From positions 140,244,001 to 140,308,000 of the forward strand of contig OX597815.1 of the NCBI GenBank assembly GCA_951406725.2: DNA of 64,000 nucleotides, read 5' to 3'. This DNA comes from Octopus vulgaris. Its lineage: Eukaryota. Below, piece by piece: positions 10,517 through 25,024 of this stretch. A model generated the notes under the pieces. It made no database searches. It was not told the DNA's origin and was given only the letters and a program-made list of their open reading frames with translations. Position 1 is the first letter of the stretch, and every line of letters starts with the position of its first letter. Made by a program: the position numbers and the translations under genes.

Positions 10517-12303
10517 ATTTTGTTGAATTTTCTGCTGCTTAAAATAAAGTATATATATATATATATATATATATATACGACATGTTCCTTTCCGTTTCTG
10601 TCTACCAAATCCGCTCACAAGGCTTTGGTCGGTCCAAGGCTATAGTAGAAGACACTTGCCCAAGTTGCCACGCAGTGGGACCGAACCCGGAACCATGTGG
10701 TTCGTAAGCAAGCTACTTACCACACGCCTATACACATATAAATATATGCATATATATACATATACAGGCATTTCTCTTTCTATATAAATTGTTGTGTGTA
10801 TATTTTGTAGATTTGAATTAACTCTCCATCATAATTATAATTTCTTTCACTGTCCTCGTGACTGACGTTTAGCTTCTGTATTTATCTTCTCTCTTTTCTC
10901 ATGAAGTGTAACATTATTTATCTTCCCGGATCACTTATTAGTCACAGCATTCTCTGAAAACCGCCTTAATCTATTTACATTGCGGCTGTTTAATATGTGA
11001 CTGACAATTAGATTAGTCATTCTCCACCTGATTTGCCAGGTATATTATGGAAATTTCGCAGCAGCTTTCTTCTGCTGGTGTATTTTGTCAGATGAGCATA
11101 GTTTATCAGCTTCTCAATATACACTCATCTAAGGCATTGTGAAAGGCAGTGTCTGTTCTCAACGTCGTGAGTGTCAGGATATTTATTGAGGTCGTTTAGA
11201 GTTGAACTCGTCTTCATAATTAGATTTTTCTTTCAAGTGGTGTTACTATCTCAACTTAATCTTCAAAGATGCATTCTGTATTTCAATATTTCAATTTCTG
11301 GAGTTGGTGCTAACACGAATTTATGCTTCCCCTCTATTCTAAATACTTTATAACAGAGTTATTACACTAGCCTAATAGATTTTTTTTTACACAGGGACTC
11401 TCAATCATACACATGAGTGTGAACGACACAGTTGATGAGGCGTAAGGTGTATATATGTCTGTGGGTGTGTATGCGTGTGTCATGTGTGTCGTGTTTGTGT
11501 GTCGCGCGCGTGTGTATATGTGTGTGTGTGCTTTATGATCTCCAAAACGGAATTGAGTTTTAGTCAGTTAGTTCAGCAAATTTCTAGTGAAGAAAAAAGA
11601 TTTCAAAGAAAATTCCACAGCCAAAAGTTAATAGAAAATGGCATGGCATGAACTTATAGAGGAAGAAAATTAATAATCAAACAAGTAGATTTAATAGTTT
11701 TTTCTCCTTCAATATACTATGTCAGAAAACAGAGATTAAAATAGAGAAAAAGAAGATAACATCTAACTCGCATTGCTAAAACCATTGCAGTGCACCTATC
11801 ACTGCCAATAAAACTATGTCTTTTTAAAACAATCATCTCACACGTCAGACAGATGTCACCCTTTTCCTCATTTTCTGCATGAACTTCTCTTTTCTTCTCG
11901 AAATTAAAGAAAATGGCTCCCGGCAATCTGTATAATGTCGTGGCAACGGTGAAGAAATGTATGATATGTCTCCTTAAATCATTGTCAACAGCACAGCATT
12001 CTGGGAGAAATTGTTGGTGATATTTGTTATCACATACATGTGTCCCACTGTACGAATCTACAAGCTCTGTGTGAGTGGTGTGTGAACGTGTATGTGTGTG
12101 TGTGTGTATGTGTGTACGTGTGTGAACTTGTGTGGGTGTGTGTGAGTGAGTGCGTGTGTGTGTTTGTGAGTGTGTGTGTGTGTGTTTATGTGTGTTTGTG
12201 GTGCTTGTGAATATTTAAATGCATGTCTACTGAACCATTAGCCGCATGTGTATATACGTTTGTATACGTATAGATATATATGTGCATAAATGTATAAATG
12301 GCA

Positions 12304-12348
<45 letters not shown>

Positions 12349-12751
12349 AGTTTGTGTTTGTGTGTGCGTGTATGTGTGTGTATATATACTAGTATGTTTG
12401 GATATATGTATGCGTATAACTGTATGTTTATACACACACACATATATATATGTATATATATATATATATATATGCTTGTGTGTGTATGTAGTGAGCGTGT
12501 TTGTTCTCTATATCATTTTTCTCTACTTGGAATTTTCTGTGATATGTGATGACATCAGTGGTAATAGTAGTTTGTATTATCTAATCAATCTATCTTTTGC
12601 ACACGCCCTTACAACGCTAACATGTAGCTATACATACACAAAAATTCCCCATAGATTCTACATCACTCATACACACATACTCTCGCACGCGCGCTTTTAT
12701 ATCGAAGCCACACATACACACACGAGTTGATATATATATGTATATATGTAA

Positions 12752-13148
12752 CTTGCTTACCAACCACAAGGTTCCGGTTTCGGCCCCACTGCGTGGCACG
12801 TTAGGCAAGTGGCTTCTACTATAGCCTCGGGCCGACCAAAGCCTTGTGAATGGATTTGGTAGACGGAAACTGAAAGACGCCCGTCGAATATATGTATATG
12901 TATATATGTATGTGTTTGTGTGCGTGTATGTTTGTGCCTGTGTTTGTCCCTCCAGCATCGCTTGACAACCGATGCTGGTGTGTTTAGGTCCCCGTAACTT
13001 AGCAGTTCGGCAAGAGAGACCGATAGAATACGTACTAGGCTTACAAAGAATAAGTCATGGGGTCGATTTGCTCGACTAAAGGCGGTGATCCAGCTTAGCC
13101 GCAGTCAAATGAATGAAACAAGTAAAAGAGTCAAAGAGTAAAGAGTAA
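12752..13148 (+). mobile_element. tRNA-derived SINE family B
   Basis: CTTGCTTACCAACCACAAGGTTCCGG...GGCCGACCAAAGCCTTGTG...internal TA/TG repeat...GAAACAAGTAAAAGAG tail. Confidence 0.85.
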
Positions 13149-13189
<41 letters not shown>

Positions 13190-13379
13190 CATGCATACAT
13201 ACACACACACATACACACAGATATATATATCGATACATAAGCATCTAAACGTACGTATATTTCTACAAAATGACTCTCATTTACACAAGCGCACGCGTAC
13301 ACAGTTTCTGTCTCTAATCTATTTTTCAATTTCTATTTTTCTCATCATTCTTCAGAAACCACCTTTACTTCTCCAGCAA

Positions 13380-13558
13380 TTTCGGGGAAAGTGAGGGTGA
13401 GTCGATGTAATCGACCCCAGTGCTCAACTGGTACTTATTTTATCGATCCTGAAAGGATGAAAGGCAAAGCGGACTTCGGCGGAATTCGAACTTAGAACAT
13501 AAAGATAGCCGAAATGCCGCTAAGCATTTCTCGCGGCGTGCTAACGATTCTACCACCT
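13380..13558 (-). mobile_element. tRNA-derived SINE family A
   Basis: GTCGATGTAATCGACCCCAG...GAAAGGATGAAAGGCAAAG...GTGCTAACGATTCT is the reverse complement of family A. Confidence 0.8.
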
Positions 13559-13585
13559 TATATTGCATTTAAATTAGATACACAT

Positions 13586-13640
<55 letters not shown>

Positions 13641-13699
13641 TACATATATACATACACACATATGTACGTACGTACATACGTATGTATGTGTGTGTGTTT

Positions 13700-15345
13700 G
13701 TGGCTGGAACTATGGCTATCAGGAAGAGTATGGGTGACAACCCAAAACAAAGTGGTGGTGGCCGGAATGACAGCAGAGAATATCTGCATCTTCTGTTAAG
13801 AAGGACCCAGAGAAATCTGCGCTGAATCCCAAGGTAAGAGAGTACCAGAGATTACCGAGCGTTTGGGGAGAATGAAATTTCCAATGAAATTTCGGAAGAC
13901 TTGTTGGTCGTGTCGAATGGCCATAAATTGATAATGGATTCGGAATGCGTTTGTGAGAAAAGTTTGCAAGAACCCGCACGACTTGAAGAACTTTCTGGCC
14001 AAGATGAAATGTGCAGAGGCAGTTTGTGTGCCATGGCGCACAGGATCTAGTCCTGGTGAGGCGCAGGAGGAGCCACAGCCGATGTCAACCTACGGTTCCT
14101 GAAACTTCCAGGTATCGCAAACCTCAGTAACAGATCATTGTCGAGTAAAGTAGTCTAAAGTTAACAAGGAGAACCCATGTTTGTTTGATAAGGATATTAC
14201 CTACATCTTGAAAGCAACAAACACATGTGGAAAGCCGATCGTCGCTTTGAGACAATGATCATAGTTATTTTCAGTCGGCTGACATGTTACGGATGGAGGA
14301 GAAGGAAACGTGAAACCTCTCCATGGTATGTGTAATTGAGACAGCAAATCCCTCAGGCAAGACAGGAATTTAAGGGCTTGAAATGCTAGTTCTAGGAGGC
14401 GAGAGAAGAGGAGAGGAGACTTCTAATAGACTTGCAGACTATCTTCTGCAAGAAAGCTTATTACACTGAAGAAGGCGTAAAATAAAGCAGAAGAGAGAGA
14501 GAGAGAGAGAGGAGAGAGAGGCGAAAGAGAGAGGGAGAGGGAAGGTGGAGGGAGGGAGAGAGCCAAGAAGTGAGCTACCGTTCTAGCTAATCCATGTGCG
14601 TTGGCGAAACAGCTACTGGGATAAAAGCGCAAGAGATAACTCACCAGTTCCAGAGGAGAGATCAACATTAGACATCATCAGTGATTATTACAGGGAGGAA
14701 TACCTGAATCACTGTATGTCCATGTGCACAAACTATGTAATTTGATGGGAAAGAGCTCAACTGGAGAGAGACGCAGGGTGTAATCAAGAAAGTGAGGGCA
14801 GGTTCCACTCCAGGACTGAGTGGATTACTTGAAAAGGTGTATAAGAACTGCCCAACCATGCTACGCAGGATCTGGACGATTGCAAAGTTGATAGGGAAAA
14901 ACGCCAAAGTTGTTCAGCAGTGGAAATATGCAGACCGCGTAAAACTTATAAACCATATACCGGTTTAGAATAATCTCGCTGCTCAGTGAGGAAGGAAAGA
15001 TATACTTTAGCATCGGTGTCAGGTAATTGGGGGGCTACGTCATGAAAAATTTGTGGTTGACTCGTGCAATGGAGGTGTTGTAATACTGAGATTTCTGTAG
15101 CACTCTGTAGAACTCTTACAGGTTCGTATTGAAGCCAAAACAGGGCAGAAGTAGAGAGCAGAGTAGAGGCTGCAGAGACGCAGATAAGACACAGAGCGCT
15201 CGTCAGTATTGTACCTCGATGAAGGCCCGGCATAGGCAACATCACAACATCTCACTATGATATGGTGAAATGGAAGGACTGGAGGTTACTGATCCAGAAT
15301 GAAATACGAGTATCGGTTCAGGAGAAAGAAGATAGGGAGTGTGTT
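13700..15345 (+). mobile_element. Decayed HERO-like RLE non-LTR retrotransposon with most of the RT core deleted
   Basis: Broken frames give VCKNPHDLKNFLAKMKC (N-terminal zinc finger), PGEAQEEP, LANPCALAKQLLG, KKVRAGSTPGLSG..KVYKNCPTMLRRIW...VVQQWKYA, VEAAETQIRHRALV and RPGIGNITTSHYDMVKWKDWRLLIQNEIR. All resemble HERO ORF segments as I recall them. Confidence 0.75.
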
Positions 15346-15358
15346 GAGACGTGGCTCT

Positions 15359-15401
<43 letters not shown>

Positions 15402-15403
15402 TG

Positions 15404-15451
<48 letters not shown>

Positions 15452-15466
15452 TATCTATATGCATAA

Positions 15467-15805
15467 ATGGGTACAGGACTTCACAAATCGTAAAGAGCAT
15501 GAAATACGAAAACAAAAGAGTTGAATACATAAACAACGAGAGAAAAAATTGGAAAACAGGACAAGTAACATAAAGAACGACCCTTCACCAGTTGTCGGCT
15601 GTCCATTTACTCCTCATTTCGAGCATTGAATGACAATATGAGTCTTCGAATGGCAGTTACTCCCGAACTCCAAAGAAAATTTAGGATTTGAGGAGGGTCA
15701 AAGCTGGTAACGAAAACAGGACAGTAGAGGCATACAAGGAAACCGAACGAAAACAAACATGGAGGGCCGTTAGACCAGACGAAGGTAAAATAGCGAACGT
15801 TGTGT
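15467..15805 (-). mobile_element. Unclassified TA-flanked repeat with a pyrimidine-rich tail (second copy at 42200-42343)
   Basis: The reverse complement shares GTTCTTTATGTTA...CTCTCGTTGTTT...TTTCGTATTTCATG...GTCCTGTACCCAT with 42200-42343. Confidence 0.6.
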
Positions 15806-15894
15806 ATGTGTGTATATATGCACATATGTATATATGCATATATATTATTTATATTATTATTTCATTGAACGCCACGCATCTATTTCCAAGTAAG

Positions 15895-15939
<45 letters not shown>

Positions 15940-17263
15940 GAGAGGGAGATAGAGAGATAGAGATTATAGTGACAGACATTTGTAGAACCCGAGTATACTC
16001 TCTAAGTATCAAGTACCATATCCCAACAACAAAAACAGATCAAGATTGCCAAATGGTGTTATATTAAATTTCCCTTCTATTGTATTTCATCAATGAAACC
16101 AACCCAAACGTGCGAATATTTTAATATTCGGAGTTTTCGATCTGTGAGATAGATGTTCTAGCTAGGAAGAACTCGGAATCTCTTAATTCCAAGCGGTCTT
16201 ACAGTACCCTCATTCTCCATCTCAAGTACCTCTTCGTCGTTGTGTTATGTTGTTAGATATTTGTTGACACTACGCTCGGTCATCTGCCTTTTGACAATCT
16301 TGTTTATCTACTGCTAGCGATGCCACTGGAGATTGTCAGTTTAGCCATCTTCGACTCTTTTGCAATACATACGTATATGCATACGTACACACACGTGCAC
16401 ACACACACATACGTAGTGCCTTAAATCTAATCTTGAAAAGGATAATATTCATATAGAACGTTGGTAAAGAATTGCTATTGAGTAGGCATTATGGAGAAAG
16501 AAAATATATTCAAAGCGTCCAACCTTTTTGAATTGAAAAGTATTGAACAAGCAAAATTAAAATGAGATACAAAGAGAAGAAACCCTACAGATAACAATAA
16601 GCACTTTAAATGCTCGGCTTGCTAATGAGTTTGTATTTCTAAGACTTGCATTTCTAGCCATTGAAGAGAATATGAACTAAAACAAAAATATAGTACATCT
16701 TCACCGTCTCGAAGGACATATGTCTATCACTTATGTAATACATGCTGTCTTTCAGTTGATGGACCGAAGAGACATATTTCTGCACGCAATGTCAATTGTC
16801 CTGTGTGAACAATAGGAAGAAGACAGTTTCAATAGTTATAACTAGGCCATTGTCATGTAGTGGTTTGTTATCTGTGTATTTCACGTCTCCGTTTTCACAT
16901 CTACGAATTCGCATGTTGGGCAGCCGGAACTGATGCTGAAAACCGCATTATTGAACTGCTCTTGATATAAACATTTCAGATATCTTTTTTATCGTTGCTC
17001 GGAATGTTGATCCACCTTAGATTCTATGCTGTCATAATTAGTTTCTGTGAAATCTTGCGGGACTTTGGTTATGGATATTTTTGTTTTTTTTTTCTCCATT
17101 TTTCTAGTTGCTGTAAAGTATATTTCTGAAAATTATATTTTTAATATGGTATTTTATTTTTATTCCTTTCCTACTGAGTTCTATATTTAAGAAATGAAGA
17201 ATTATTGACATTATTTACATTATTTACATTTGACGGATATTTGTCGTCATCTTGTTTGTTGTT

Positions 17264-17299
17264 AGCACAACGTTTCGGCTGGAGCCTTCATCAGGTGTC
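17264..17299 (-). ncRNA. Minimal type I hammerhead ribozyme
   Basis: GACAC|CTGATGA|A-GGC-TCCA-GCC|GAAA|CG|TT|GTGCT: intact core and a palindromic ACGT stem III. Confidence 0.65.
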
Positions 17300-17346
17300 T
17301 CGGGGAAATTTCGAATATGGGTTCTCATTCCTATGGCATTTTTCAA

Positions 17347-17418
<72 letters not shown>

Positions 17419-17440
17419 CATTATTATTATTAGTATTATT

Positions 17441-17515
17441 CAGGTCACTGCCTGAAATTGAACTCGGAATCTTGGGGTTAGTAGCCCGTGCTCTTAACCA
17501 CTACGCCATATGCCC
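17441..17515 (-). promoter_or_regulatory. tRNA-derived head with Pol III A and B boxes
   Basis: A box TGGCGTAGTGG (17508-17498) and B box GAGTTCAATTTC (17465-17454). No complete cloverleaf acceptor stem. Confidence 0.75.
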
Positions 17516-17520
17516 ACGGG

Positions 17521-17600
<80 letters not shown>

Positions 17601-17603
<3 letters not shown>

Positions 17604-17817
17604 CTCTCTATGTAATCCCAAGGTTTAAACAAACTTTTTTTATTTTTTAAAAACTTATTTATCAGACATTCACTAGTACAACACCAAAAAAAAAACCCCC
17701 AAATATATGGCACACTAGGCACAACAACAACGTGAACTTCCAACCTGTTGTCTCTTGAGGTCTCTGGGTGAGACTTGGAACCAACTTGTACAGACATAAA
17801 GCAAAAGTCAAACATAG
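17601..17817 (+). mobile_element. Probable 3' end (ILSM* + 3'UTR) of a third Dong-like LINE family in (AAT)n
   Basis: Starts ATA CTC TCT ATG TAA (compare ALSM* and TLSIQ* in the other two families); (AAT)n on both sides. Confidence 0.5.
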
Positions 17818-17999
17818 AATAATAATAATACTAATAATAATAATCATGATAAAAAAAATAATAATAATAACATCGTATACCTTAGGAATGGGAGCCAAGA
17901 TTCGAGTGAACTTCCAAAAGGTTGTCTCTTGCTGGATGGTATATCAGCCGAAACGTTGTATTAACAACAAACAAGATGTCCTTTCCTATTGTTTGTCTC

Positions 18000-18400
18000 A
18001 GCTCAACTCATCATCTTCCCCCACTTTTTCATGGGAAGCTCACGAGGGCAGAGTCCTAAATCACCCCTTCTATCAGGTCCTGTTAGAAGCAACAGTCTCC
18101 AATTGATCGGGCTGGATCTCCAAGCGTGATCAACTGAGTTCATGGATGTTATCCAACCATCTTACTCGTGGCCTACCCTTGGGTTTCCTGCCGTAATACC
18201 TGTCCCGTGATTCTTTCCCGACGCATTCTTACTACATATTTGTAGTATAGGACCTGTGATCTTCCAATTCGGAGAAATAGAGGGGCTTAACTGGAGCGCT
18301 TCCTTGATATCCGACCTACTCACTCCATTGAGTAACGTTGTTCCAGTGACTCTTCGGAGGAATCCCATCTCAGCCGCCTGTATTCGCGATCGAATTCTTT
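18000..18400 (-). mobile_element. RTE-clade LINE 3' fragment
   Basis: RIRSRIQAAEMGFLRRVTGTTLLNGVSRSDIKEALQL is typical of RTE C-termini; RTE-like 3' end CTGCCCTCGTGA...GAAGATGATG. Confidence 0.75.
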
Positions 18401-18668
18401 CAGCTTTTGTTTGTGAACGTCTAATTTTTTCTTCCTTGTAGTTGCTCTCAAATTGTAGGTGTTTCCTCGTGTACAGCGAAAAGTTCTTATTTTTCTAACG
18501 TTTCCTAATTGGATTAATCAGTTTTATTTTGCTTCAAATTCTCTTCTATTCCCAATGTTATTTTGTACTTGATTTCTAATTGTGTCAAATTCCGCCTTCT
18601 TTGGGCGTAGGGAAAATAGCAGCAGCAGCAGTAGCGGTAGTAGTAGTAGTAGTAGTGGTAGTAGTAGT

Positions 18669-18726
<58 letters not shown>

Positions 18727-18819
18727 TAACAACAACAATAACGACATCAACAATAAAGTATACCGCAGCAGTGGTAGTAACGGAAAAACATGGCGATAAG
18801 AAGACAAAAAGAGAAGAGC

Positions 18820-21090
<2,271 letters not shown>

Positions 21091-21110
21091 AAGAAAAAAT
21101 GATATTAATG

Positions 21111-21950
<840 letters not shown>

Positions 21951-23021
21951 ACAATAATAATAATAACAACGACAACTGTAACAATAACAATAATAATAAT
22001 AATAATAATAATATACAAATGAATTAGAGGCTTCCATGACTTAGCAGGACGGCGAGGTTAAAGCAGTCTGATGTTCATTACGCTTCACTCTCGGTGAGAA
22101 AATAACTTAAACGCAGAGAATAAGGTCATCATAATACCATTGGCAAATCGAATCATTATTATTAACGAGAAACTGTATCGATCACGTATGAAGACGCGAA
22201 GTAATACTGACGATATTATCCAATACTTCCAAATTCTAACACACTTCCATATATCTACACCAGCGTCTGTTACTTCTAACTATATTTGCTTCTATTTCAA
22301 CCTGTTCCAAATTTTATATTTTATCTATCTCCAATTTGTTGACCCTTCATTATCAAACACAAAACCTTCCCTATCATATTTATAAATGCAATGAACTTAC
22401 AAAAGATACATTTTGAACTCATGTTTAATTCATAGTATTTTCTTCGTTATATTCATACACGATCTAGTCAAAGTCGCTAATTCATCTTAATCTCTAAGCA
22501 ATTTGCTTCTAACTCGCTCCTTTTGATGAAATAGTGTTAAAGTAGCATCAAAGATCAAGGCTTAATTTTTTTCACCCCCGCTTCTCCTTCCACAGAATGA
22601 GAGTTGTCTCAAAATATATCGTATAGAAATCAGTGAGCATTAGATTCAATCAAATTTGGCTACGATTTAATCACTTCTTACTAGATCAAAGACAACAGTT
22701 CTGTGCGAAGGCCTAACTATCTGAACGTATCTCGCCAACTGCGTATGTTTTCAAAAGTTGCATTAGACTATATTTTAACGTATGTACGTATAGCTGTAAT
22801 GTGTGTATGTATGTATGTATGTATGTATGTATGTATGTATGTATGTATGTATGTATGTATGTATGTATGTATGTATGCATGCATGCATGCATGCATGTAT
22901 GTATGTATGTATGTATGTATGTATGTATGTATGTATGTATGTATGTATGTATGTGTGTGTGCATGTATGAGTGTGTATGTATGCATGTATGTAAGCATAT
23001 ATGTATTCATTTATAATTACA

Positions 23022-23059
<38 letters not shown>

Positions 23060-23295
23060 AGGAAGAGAATTGAAAAGAGAGGGAGAGAGAGTGTAAGAAG
23101 GAGACAGAGAGAGAAAGAAGAATTGAGAAAGGTACAGTTAGAAATAGTTACAAATAGATATGTGTACATAATATAACCTACATGTATAATAACAAGCATC
23201 CAGATATATAATACGCACACATACGTACGCTCATATATACATACAAAGCGACAAAATGTCTATACGATTCAGCGCGCATATGTACAGAGAATGAG

Positions 23296-23361
<66 letters not shown>

Positions 23362-23615
23362 CAAGAACACAGTTATACATAAGATTGCATGTACACACAT
23401 GCGCAATGTAGTCACGTTCACATCTATTCGTAGATGCACAATAATTATATGTCTATCAATTTTAAACACTTACATGTATAGGCACACAAAGCATATTTAT
23501 ACACATTTTCACTTTTATTTAATAATTGAACGCCATGCACCCTTTATCAACAGTAAGTTTTTACATTTAACTCCAAAAGTTTTTGTATTCTCTCTCTGTC
23601 TATTTCCTCGTATTC

Positions 23616-23651
23616 CTTTCTGTTGAAGAGCGTAGGCTCGAAACGTAAAAG
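23616..23651 (+). ncRNA. Hammerhead-like motif, A6U core variant
   Basis: CTTT|CTGTTGA|A-GAGC-GTAG-GCTC|GAAA|CG|TA|AAAG. Confidence 0.6.
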
Positions 23652-23744
23652 ACTTTCTCATCTTCCCGAGCGTCAAGTGAAACTAATACACCTGCTTGTT
23701 GTTTATACACCCGTCTTCGTTTATTGTTGTTCTGTAAATTTCAA

Positions 23745-23794
<50 letters not shown>

Positions 23795-23882
23795 AGAGTT
23801 TACGAAAAAAAACAAAAGACGAAGACAAGTGGTGTACAAAACAAACAGATGTATTAGTATAACGCTCAGGAATAGTAAAAGT

Positions 23883-23918
23883 CTTTTACGTTTCGAGCCT
23901 ACGCTCTTCTACAGAAAG
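23883..23918 (-). ncRNA. Hammerhead-like motif, A6U core variant
   Basis: Reverse complement: CTTT|CTGTAGA|A-GAGC-GTAG-GCTC|GAAA|CG|TA|AAAG. Confidence 0.6.
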
Positions 23919-24329
23919 GGATACAAAAAACAAGGAGAGAAAAAAATGTGTAGTGGCTAACGATCTATATATATATTTCTGTAATTTTAGCTCAGAGCTG
24001 CGGCCATGATGATGCACACCCCACATACACATAGTCACATATATACGGACATATATATCTATAGTCTGATGCATTCATGATGAGCAGTTTAATCTGAATA
24101 CATACATATATGCATACATACATCCATATATATACAATATCTGTACATCACTTCAATCACACGCTCTCTCTCTACACGTACACATACATACACACTCACA
24201 CATATGCATGTTTTTTATGTATGTATATACAGATACATATGCATGCATATATGTATATATATATATCTATACGTATATATATATATATGTATGTATATTA
24301 ATATAAATATATGTACATGTATATATGTA

Positions 24330-24383
<54 letters not shown>

Positions 24384-24620
24384 CACACACATGTACGCAT
24401 GTATTTATGTGCATACGTACTCGGCTGATTCTCTCAGCTGATGCTCCAATAAGTCATCTATCTCATGTCCAATTTGGTCTATGATCTATCTGATTCTTTC
24501 AAGGTTTGTCAAAGCCCAAGTAAATGCAGAATCACTACACAGTTTCTTGTGTTCTTTTCTTATTCTTTGTTAGAAACAATAAAGACACTTGCAGACAAAC
24601 TCACATATGCATACAAATGT

Positions 24621-24820
24621 CTTTTCTACTCTAGGCACAAGGCCCGAAATTTTTGGAGAGGAGGACCTGGCGGTTAGATCGACCCCAGTATGCAACTGGT
24701 ACTAAATTTATCAACCCCGAAAGGATAAAAGGCAAAGTCAACATCGGCGGAATTTGAACTCAGAACGTACCGCTAAGCGTTTCGCTCGGCGTGCTAAGGT
24801 TTCAGCCAGCTCACCGCCTT
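24621..24820 (-). mobile_element. tRNA-derived SINE family A
   Basis: CTTTTCTACTCTAGGCACAAGG...GAATTTGAACTCAGAACG...GCCAGCTCACCGCCT. Confidence 0.8.
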
Positions 24821-24852
24821 GCTTACAAATATATATGCATAGAAGGGGTATG

Positions 24853-24886
<34 letters not shown>

Positions 24887-24944
24887 TGTATGTATGTATG
24901 TATGTATGTATGTATGTATGTATGTATGCTTGTATGTATGTACG

Positions 24945-25024
<80 letters not shown>

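Larger units (their letters stand above)
10325..10549. mobile_element. Penelope-like terminal repeat with a perfect 76-bp inverted duplication
   Basis: 10396-10471 is the exact reverse complement of 10474-10549 (2-nt spacer). Each arm contains a hammerhead motif; (TA)n on both sides. Confidence 0.8.
9993..10727 (-). mobile_element. tRNA-derived SINE family B, interrupted in its internal microsatellite by the 10325-10549 element
   Basis: Reverse-complement head GGCGTGTGGTAAGTAGCTTGCTTACGAACCACATGGTTCCGGGTTCG and tail GAAACAAGTAAAAGAGTAAA; matches the 12752 and 41168 copies. Confidence 0.85.
17177..17978 (-). mobile_element. Palindromic tRNA-headed, hammerhead-tailed element (copy 1) with a 13-bp TSD
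   Basis: Minus arm: tRNA head - (AAT)n - tail ending AAATATAGAACT. Inverted partial arm at about 17870-17978. Flanked by TCCTTTCCTACTG (17164-17176) and TCCTTTCCTATTG (17979-17991). Confidence 0.8.
23585..23965. mobile_element. Two diverged copies of a Penelope-like terminal repeat, tail-to-tail around (TA)n
   Basis: About 23585-23745 (+) and about 23791-23965 (-) are homologous; each carries a hammerhead-like motif. Confidence 0.75.

Noticed and set aside
16440-17060. Possible hAT or piggyBac transposase remnants
   Set aside because: Only vague short peptide resemblance; no TIR or TSD found.
17441-17515. Functional tRNA gene
   Set aside because: A and B boxes are present but there is no acceptor stem, and it is embedded in a repeat. 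The same applies to the SINE heads elsewhere.
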